Of a stretch of DNA of 49,470 bases, positions 43,135 to 49,470 are shown in pieces (positions within the stretch are counted from its first letter, which is position 1; every line of letters begins with the position of its first letter). The translations under genes and the position numbers were made by a program. Under the pieces are notes generated by a model. That model did no database searches. It had not been told where the DNA came from and was given only the letters and a program-made list of their open reading frames with translations. The stretch lies in NCBI GenBank assembly GCA_024683155.1, contig JAIKYN010000036.1, positions 1-49,470 on the forward strand, written 5' to 3'. Origin of the DNA: Lachnospiraceae bacterium (GTDB taxonomy: Bacteria > Bacillota > Clostridia > Lachnospirales > Lachnospiraceae).

Positions 43135-44460
43135 CTATAACTGCTCCTTCTCTCCTACATCCAGTTCTTCCATCCAGCGCCGCATGGTGGCCTGGAAGAT
43201 CTCTCCGAAGCCCAGATCCTGTACCTGGATCCGTGCCCTGGAAGGACTGATCATAGCGATGTGTATGTGTAATCTTGTGGTCATACGGGGGCGTTCCGGA
43301 AGTCCGTCCAGCACCATCTCCGCCTGCCAGGGCTTGGACCCTGTAAGAGGGGTAATGGTAAAAGTCAGCACATTGCCGCTTTCCATCATCAGGTCGTACT
43401 CTTTCTCCGCCTCATACCAGTTCTGTCCCGCATCGATCAGTGCCAGATAACTGCCGCTTCCGCGACGAAATACCGGCATACCGATGTTAGACTTACATTT
43501 CTCCTCCCCCAGAAAAACGATCTTGCGATCTTCCTCCGGAGGGCGGGATTTATCCACAGCTGCATAAGCAGCCCCTTTGCTGTACAGGTTGCTTCCCTTG
43601 AACACATGCCGTCCCCGGCACAGAAACTGCAGGGAAGCCTTCATCCATTCCTGCCGGAACCCGTCTCCGATGAGATAAACGGAAGACACTACACGCTCTG
43701 CGCACAGCTCTTCACAGGCCTTCAGGAAATCGTTGTCCAGATTCTCTTCTATGGTCCTGCGGTATACCCCGTCCTCCGGCCACTGGGTGATCCCCGGTAC
43801 ATCCGGATGCTCCTTCTTCTCGATGAAGGCTACCACCGGTTTGGTATGGTGATTGCACTCCATCCGGTAGCTGGTCAGGGGGCCGTCTTCCAGGTCGAAG
43901 ACAATGGTCTGGTAGGTCCATAACGCTTCCGGTTGATGGACATTGTATTCAAAGATACTCTCGGTATAATTCTGGAACATGACCCGGGTCTTCTTAAGGA
44001 CCAGACCTGCCGTCACCTCCTGCAGCACCTGTACCATTCGGGAATCAAAATTACTGCAGGTGATCATCAGCACTTCCGGTGTACCGCTCTGCTGCACGGA
44101 AAGCATGGACAGTGACCTGCGGACATACAAGGTAAGCAGTGCCACCGGATCGAATTCCTCCTGATCCACGGTAACGCTCTGCCCCTCATAGGCCAGGGAC
44201 ACCAGATGATCCACCAGGACCCCTTCACCGTTCTGCGCCCGTTTTACCGCCTCCCGGCCAAAGAACCACTGACCGGCGCCGTACCGTTTACACAGGCAGG
44301 TGGGAATGTTGAACTGCTCCGCACCGGGTACCATGGAAACGGTCTCCGCTTCCCGGCTGCCCTCTTTCACAAAGCTGATCTGGGAGAAACGGTCGTTGAG
44401 ATCGTATCCTACATAGATCTTTTCATTCAGTTGTCTCTCCTGTTCCGGTCGCAGCATCAT
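43135..44460 (-). CDS. Divergent compact Hsp70-like protein with degenerate nucleotide-binding loops (gene 2 of the operon)
   Basis: 441 aa, alignable by eye to Dna[17 protein letters not shown] vs [38 protein letters not shown] vs [38 protein letters not shown] vs [23 protein letters not shown] vs [44 protein letters not shown] vs [33 protein letters not shown]. ATGA overlap with gene 1. Confidence 0.85.
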   Translation of the reverse strand: [441 protein letters not shown]

Positions 44461-47400
44461 GTGTCTCGACTAATCCTCGGTTTAAATAGTTTTCGGGTCA
44501 TATACAGATTCTTATGGTAATCCATATACAGCGTATTGACGGTCTCGTAATCCTGCAGGATCTCTGCCGTCACCATATCGTTCAGCATACCGAACCGGCT
44601 GCCGGCGAAGAACTCGGTGGTTCCGATATCGTTCCTGAGCACCGTGGCAGATTCCGTGATCTGCTGGCTGTCGCCTTCCCGTTCGGTAATGTAATATTGC
44701 AGGCTCTCCCCGAAGAACAGGATAAAGCTCATACCGCACACCCCGCCGAACATATCCCGCATGGGTTCGCTGCGATACTCTTCCTCGTCTTCTTCGTCCT
44801 GTATGATCCGGTAATGGATCTCTGTAATGGCTCCCGGACGGGAGCGGTATTCGATCATGGTCCGGTCTGCAAAGCGCCACATTTCCGGAATGATATCAAT
44901 GTATTCCTGAAAATAAGGAAGGGCGATATTTCTTGCAGTAAGGTTAAGAAGAAAGGTTCTGAGATGCTTCTTTTCTTCCTCTCCGATCTCTTCCCGGTTC
45001 TTGGAGTAATAACGGGTATAGGCCAGTTCCACCGCTTCGGAGAATTCTTCCCCGTTGGCCGTCATCCTGGAAATACATTGCAGGATGTAGCCGGGAAGCA
45101 GGTTGTCTTTTACAAAATAACCGAAGCAGTTCAGCTCGATAAAGGCACGGATCAGATCATGGTTCCCCGCTGCCTTCACGTAGCGGGAGAAGATCTCCAT
45201 CTTATCGCCGATAAAGAAACCGGTGTACATCATCTGTACCAGCAGTTGTTCCACCAGATCGTAGGTATCGATATCGAAGGCATCGGCTGCTTTCCACAGG
45301 CTTCGAAGATCCCGCAGCCGTCCGTGGAAGAATTTCACCAGATAGCGCAGCAGCACTTCATCGTACTTCCCCCGGGAGAAGGCATAATATGCCACCTTGA
45401 CCCGCAGCAGTTCCTCCTCGTCAGGCGTCTCCGCGATGATGCTGCTGATCAGGCGAACGATCACCTTGGGGTCTTCCCCGTCAATGCCGTAAATGCAGAT
45501 CCAGTTGTAGGCTTTCTCCTGCATGCCTCTTGCTATGAAGAAACGAATGGCCTCTGCTCTGGCCGCCGCGTCCAGTCCTTCCGGCCGAAGATCCTGCAGG
45601 CAGGCATCCAGTCCCGCCATATCGTCCTTGCTGTAGCTGTAAGAAGCCAGTTTTACCGGCAAATGTCTGCGCAGCTCCACATCCACGGCTTCCGCATTCA
45701 TCAGCTGACGGAGTCTCACTTCATTTTCTTCCGTCACCTTGATCTCGTCGTCTTCCCCGCAGCACAGATACATGTTAAGACCGGTATGGTCCTTGATCTC
45801 CTGGGAGATCTGCTTTAAGAACTTGCCGGGAAGCATAAGCTTTTCCAGCACGAAATCATCTTCGGCACTGCTGCGGTTGCCCTGATCATCCTCCAGCAGC
45901 AGGTAATAATCTCTGGAATAAATGGGGAATTTAGCTTCCCCGTCCATTAAGGGGAACTTCTGCTCCGTGGCAGCCCCTTTCTGAAGAAGTACCACAAAGC
46001 GGGCATTCTTTCGCTCGGTCTGCACCCGGTTCATAAACAGGATCGGGATAAATGCACGGGCTGTCTCATCCTTCAGCATCTGATCCGTTACCACCACACG
46101 GTAGAGATAGGCCAGATTGCGGTTCACATTTCCCCGATGGATCTGATCCAGTACAAAGCTTTCGATCTGCTCGCTGTAATTATCAACGATCTCCCGATAG
46201 TCATCCTTATTCTGCCGGCGCAGCAAATTGGCATAGAGGAAGGCCTTGTGCTCGCTGTCCAGTTCACTGCGGTATGCATAATAAAGCAGCACCATCTTAG
46301 GCACCGCCCGGTCGCTTTCGGGATCCACGCTCATCATGTAATATTCGATGAGATTGGTGATCTTAAGACCCGCTTCCACCCCTTTCTCGTACCAGGTAAG
46401 ATACCTGGGGCCGGTGCAGTTTCCTTTGATCAGATAGGCACAGATGGTTTCCAGCGTCTCCGGATCGGGAGACTGGGCATAAGCCGCTTCCAGGATCCGC
46501 AATACCCGAACGTCGAACTCCTGCATACGAGGCGCCATATAATGCAGCTGGCGGATGATCTCTTCCGTCAGGTATCCGTTCCTTGCCGCAAACAGCAGGA
46601 TACGGATCTCAAAGGTGTTCAGATGGAATAACAGGGCGGGATCGTTCCGCCACAGGATCAGTGCCTCAATATAAAGCACCGGACTGATGCAGCCTCTTTC
46701 AAACTGTTCCTGCAAAAGCATCCATTTTCCCGAAGAGGAATCATAAAACTCCGGAGAAAGATATAACAGGAGCCAGGCCAGGCACCAGTTATCCGGATAT
46801 TGTTCATACAAACGGCGTACATCCACCGCCGTGCTGTTTACATAGGTTTCATCCCGCTTCAGCAGGGTGGTAAGATACAGATAATACCCCCAGATGGCAG
46901 GGTTCTTGTCATCACTGCCCATAATGGCATTACGGGCTCTGTCCAGAGTCCACTGGGCCTCATTTAACTTCGCCTGGGTTGCCAGCACCTGGGCACGATA
47001 TAACTGAGGAACCGGATCCTCCGGACGCTCTCCCTGCATCTGGCTCAGCACCCGGTCCGTCTCTTCCATCCAGGCCGACTTGCTCTTTTTCTTCATGCGA
47101 TAGGCCTGATAGGATCGGATCAGCTCGAAGATCTCCTGTTCCTCCTTCAGTTTATCCTTGGCATGGATGTAATTGGGATCGGCTTTTTCCACTTCAATGG
47201 GAACCTGCAGCGTGTTCTCATGAAACCGCACCAGGATCTTGCCGAAGTTCTTGCCGGTATGAAGTTTTTCTCCATGAAGATCAAAAAGGATCTTGCCCTG
47301 ATTGCCCAGAAAATCGTTGTCGGTAAGATGAGACTTCTCTAAGACGATGAAATCCCCTTCGGCTTCCACATCCACCGATGTGGCGCCCCATCCGTTCCGG

Positions 47401-48047
47401 ACGATGGACAGGAAATGACGGCTGACCAGATCGTCTACCGTTACCTGCAGACGGGAGTCTTCTACTATATATTCGATCCGCTGTTTCTTACCGATGGAGA
47501 CCAGGAACTCTTCCATGTTCTCTTCCCGGCCGGGAATAACGGAAAGTCCCCGATACAGCGAAAGATATACGGCATCATTGCCGATGAGGATGCTTTCAAA
47601 GGAAGGGCTGTAAAAAACCGTAAGCGCTTCTTCCCAGCTGGCCTTGGCCAGGTTGGCAAAATGGATCAGATTACGGATCTCTCCCAGGGAAGAATGCATG
47701 GGAGCCATAGACATGACAACAGACCAGGAAAGGGTATACTCTCCCTGGTTACTGACAATACAGAATTCTCCGGTCGCTGTGTCTCCAAAGCGCATGCCTC
47801 TGGCATTGAAGCGAAATGCGATCTCCTCATCGGTACCCACAAAATGCGGTGTAAGACACTCCATGCGGACATCGCAGGAATAGACATATCCTTCGGTCAG
47901 ACGCCCTGACTCTCCCAGGATATGGAAAGACCCTTCGAATTCCCCCGGCTCTGTTAATGTGATCTCCACCTTCTCGCAGGAGAACGACAACGAGCCGACC
48001 TCATAATCAAATTTTCCCCTTAATATCTGATCGATGATCTGCTTCAA
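44457..48047 (-). CDS. Unknown 1196-aa cytosolic protein: two N-terminal beta-sandwich-like modules plus long helical-repeat regions (gene 1 of the operon)
   Basis: Uninterrupted 3.6-kb ORF with the window's typical codon bias. TTG start (48047-48045) with AGGA about 10 nt upstream. No signal peptide and no TM segment. Confidence 0.85.
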   Translation of the reverse strand: MKQIIDQILRGKFDYEVGSLSFSCEKVEITLTEPGEFEGSFHILGESGRLTEGYVYSCDVRMECLTPHFVGTDEEIAFRFNARGMRFGDTATGEFCIVSNQGEYTLSWSVVMSMAPMHSSLGEIRNLIHFANLAKASWEEALTVFYSPSFESILIGNDAVYLSLYRGLSVIPGREENMEEFLVSIGKKQRIEYIVEDSRLQVTVDDLVSRHFLSIVRNGWGATSVDVEAEGDFIVLEKSHLTDNDFLGNQGKILFDLHGEKLHTGKNFGKILVRFHENTLQVPIEVEKADPNYIHAKDKLKEEQEIFELIRSYQAYRMKKKSKSAWMEETDRVLSQMQGERPEDPVPQLYRAQVLATQAKLNEAQWTLDRARNAIMGSDDKNPAIWGYYLYLTTLLKRDETYVNSTAVDVRRLYEQYPDNWCLAWLLLYLSPEFYDSSSGKWMLLQEQFERGCISPVLYIEALILWRNDPALLFHLNTFEIRILLFAARNGYLTEEIIRQLHYMAPRMQEFDVRVLRILEAAYAQSPDPETLETICAYLIKGNCTGPRYLTWYEKGVEAGLKITNLIEYYMMSVDPESDRAVPKMVLLYYAYRSELDSEHKAFLYANLLRRQNKDDYREIVDNYSEQIESFVLDQIHRGNVNRNLAYLYRVVVTDQMLKDETARAFIPILFMNRVQTERKNARFVVLLQKGAATEQKFPLMDGEAKFPIYSRDYYLLLEDDQGNRSSAEDDFVLEKLMLPGKFLKQISQEIKDHTGLNMYLCCGEDDEIKVTEENEVRLRQLMNAEAVDVELRRHLPVKLASYSYSKDDMAGLDACLQDLRPEGLDAAARAEAIRFFIARGMQEKAYNWICIYGIDGEDPKVIVRLISSIIAETPDEEELLRVKVAYYAFSRGKYDEVLLRYLVKFFHGRLRDLRSLWKAADAFDIDTYDLVEQLLVQMMYTGFFIGDKMEIFSRYVKAAGNHDLIRAFIELNCFGYFVKDNLLPGYILQCISRMTANGEEFSEAVELAYTRYYSKNREEIGEEEKKHLRTFLLNLTARNIALPYFQEYIDIIPEMWRFADRTMIEYRSRPGAITEIHYRIIQDEEDEEEYRSEPMRDMFGGVCGMSFILFFGESLQYYITEREGDSQQITESATVLRNDIGTTEFFAGSRFGMLNDMVTAEILQDYETVNTLYMDYHKNLYMTRKLFKPRISRDT

Positions 48048-48113
48048 ATTCGTAATTCCTATAGTTTTTTACATACATAATGAGTATATCATAAAAAACT
48101 TTCAAAAAATATA

Positions 48114-48142
48114 TTGACATGATTGTATCATTGTTTTATTGT
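48114..48142 (+). promoter_or_regulatory. Candidate promoter of the gntR-ABC operon
   Basis: TTGACA (48114-48119), 17-nt spacer, TATTGT (48137-48142). Confidence 0.45.
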
Positions 48143-48176
48143 ATTAGTAGCTTAATACAGTAATTCAAATTTGAAT
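48140..48176. promoter_or_regulatory. Two palindromic candidate operators (GntR/YtrA type)
   Basis: TGTATTA-GTAGCT-TAATACA (48140-48159) overlaps the -10 element. The perfect 14-bp palindrome ATTCAAATTTGAAT lies at 48163-48176. Confidence 0.45.
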
Positions 48177-48229
48177 GCAACATTACGTAACTGCAAACAA
48201 CGCAAACGAACAAAGAGAAAGGAAACCAT

Positions 48230-48604
48230 ATGGCATGGAATTTTGACAACGACAGGCCCATCTATTCACAGTTGGTTGAGATCCTCCAGACCCAGATCGT
48301 TTCCGGCGAATATAAACCCGGGGACAAGCTTCCTTCCGTTCGGGAACTGGCCATTACCGCTGCGGTGAATCCCAACACCATGCAGCGGGCTTTCAGCGAA
48401 CTGGAACGGGAAGGTCTGGTAAGTACCAACCGAACCACCGGACGCACCGTAACCGAAGATCCTGCACTGATCTCCGAGGTACGTAAAGAACTGGCGTCCA
48501 ACCACGTAACCTGCTTCTTCCGCAAGATGAAGGAACTGGGTTATACCAATGAGGAGATTACCGCTCTCACCAGTGAGGCGGCTACCAGGGAGGAGAATGA
48601 GTAA
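48230..48604 (+). CDS. GntR-family transcriptional regulator, YtrA subfamily (short)
   Basis: 124 aa. PIYSQLVEILQTQIVSGEYKPGDKLPSVRELAITAAVNPNTMQRAFSELEREGLV wHTH with a short C-terminal helical tail. Confidence 0.92.
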   Translation: MAWNFDNDRPIYSQLVEILQTQIVSGEYKPGDKLPSVRELAITAAVNPNTMQRAFSELEREGLVSTNRTTGRTVTEDPALISEVRKELASNHVTCFFRKMKELGYTNEEITALTSEAATREENE

Positions 48605-49305
48605 TGGAAAACATTGTAGAATTACGGAATCTTACCAAATCCTACAACGGAAAACACAACGCCGTAGATCATGTGAATCTGGATATTCCCGGGGGACGGA
48701 TCATCGGTCTTTTAGGACCTAACGGCAGTGGTAAGACCACGATCATTAAGATGATCACCGGGCTTTTAACGCCCACCAGCGGTTCCATCATGATCGGGAA
48801 CTGCAAACCGGGCCCGGCCACCAAGGCGCATATTGCCTACCTGTCCGAGCACTCGGCATTAAACCGGAACCGGAGGATCAAGGATGCATTATATCTGCAT
48901 CAGGATTTCTTCGCGGATTTCTCCATGGATCGTGCACTGAACATGCTGGAGAACCTGAAGATCGATCCCAATGCGGCTGTAAAGACCTTATCCAAAGGTA
49001 CGCAGGAGAAGGTAAACCTGATCCTGGTCATGAGCCGTGTGGCAGACCTTTATATTCTGGATGAGCCCATTGCAGGTGTGGATCCTGCAGCCAGAGACTA
49101 CATCCTTAAGACCATCCTGACCAACTATCAGGAGCGCTCTTCCATCCTGCTTTCCACCCATCTGATCTCGGATGTGGAGAATATTCTGGATGATGTGATC
49201 TTTATCAAAGAAGGACAGATCCTGATGCAGACCACCGTGGAGAACATCCGCGAGACCCAGGGCAAGTCCGTCGACCAGTATTTCAGGGAGGTATTCGTAT
49301 GTTAG
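48604..49305 (+). CDS. ABC transporter ATP-binding protein (ABC-2 type)
   Basis: Walker A GPNGSGKTT, signature LSKGTQEK, Walker B LYILDEP. TAATG junction with the gntR gene. Confidence 0.92.
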   Translation: MENIVELRNLTKSYNGKHNAVDHVNLDIPGGRIIGLLGPNGSGKTTIIKMITGLLTPTSGSIMIGNCKPGPATKAHIAYLSEHSALNRNRRIKDALYLHQDFFADFSMDRALNMLENLKIDPNAAVKTLSKGTQEKVNLILVMSRVADLYILDEPIAGVDPAARDYILKTILTNYQERSSILLSTHLISDVENILDDVIFIKEGQILMQTTVENIRETQGKSVDQYFREVFVC

Positions 49306-49470
49306 GCAAATTGATCAAACATGAATGGAGAGACACCTGGCGCATGCCTGCAGGTCTCATGTTAGTTCTGGCTCTGCTGACCCTCATCGGCGTTTTTATG
49401 ACACTGCCTCTGGACAGCTTTTTGGAGTTCGAGGGAAACGGTGTTGCACAGACAGCCATCGGCTTTTATG
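49299..49470 (+). CDS. ABC-2 type permease, N-terminal fragment (runs off the right edge)
   Basis: The ATG at 49299 overlaps the ATPase stop. It reads MLGKLIKHEWRDTWRMPAGLMLVLALLTLIGVFMTL and stays open to the window end. Confidence 0.6.
   Translation, partial: MLGKLIKHEWRDTWRMPAGLMLVLALLTLIGVFMTLPLDSFLEFEGNGVAQTAIGFY

Noticed and set aside
44514-45818. 434-aa plus-strand ORF
   Set aside because: It is antisense to the 1196-aa gene. Its composition is typical of shadow ORFs. The sense frame runs uninterrupted for 3.6 kb and is coupled to downstream genes.

Overview
Moderate-GC Firmicutes/Clostridia-type chromosomal segment (strong G/C preference at third codon positions, AGGAGG-type ribosome-binding sites, mostly minus-strand genes). 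No transposase, integrase, CRISPR array or rRNA is visible. Content, left to right: a truncated GNAT-like gene; a RumA-family rRNA methyltransferase; a channel-like/Rossmann/RyR-domain membrane protein; hypA copy 1; a hybrid sensor kinase plus an output-less tandem-receiver regulator; an ABC importer (ATPase, permease, lipoprotein); a run of unknown gene, yfbR, PH-domain gene, GPH symporter and GH2 beta-galactosidase; a membrane protein with PAS, degenerate GGDEF and EAL domains; a stand-alone tRNA-Pro with an unusual AGG anticodon; a 10-gene echABCDEF-hypFCDE cluster (group-4 energy-converting [NiFe] hydrogenase plus maturation genes) with a divergent second hypA; udk; pepD; the infC-rpmI-rplT operon with an ATT start and an L20-type leader; an SCP2-like protein with a Lys/Thr/Ala repeat tail; a SEC-C motif protein; an aminotransferase; a HAD hydrolase; a LysR regulator; purA; purB. 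The best candidate for an undescribed system is a tightly coupled four-gene operon at 41101-48047 (minus strand). It encodes a 1196-aa cytosolic beta-sandwich/helical-repeat giant, a compact Hsp70-like protein with degenerate nucleotide-binding loops, a TPR-like protein and a coiled-coil protein with a membrane hairpin. It is divergent from a YtrA-type GntR/ABC-2 module. All calls rest on reading the translations and the DNA by eye. No database search was run.
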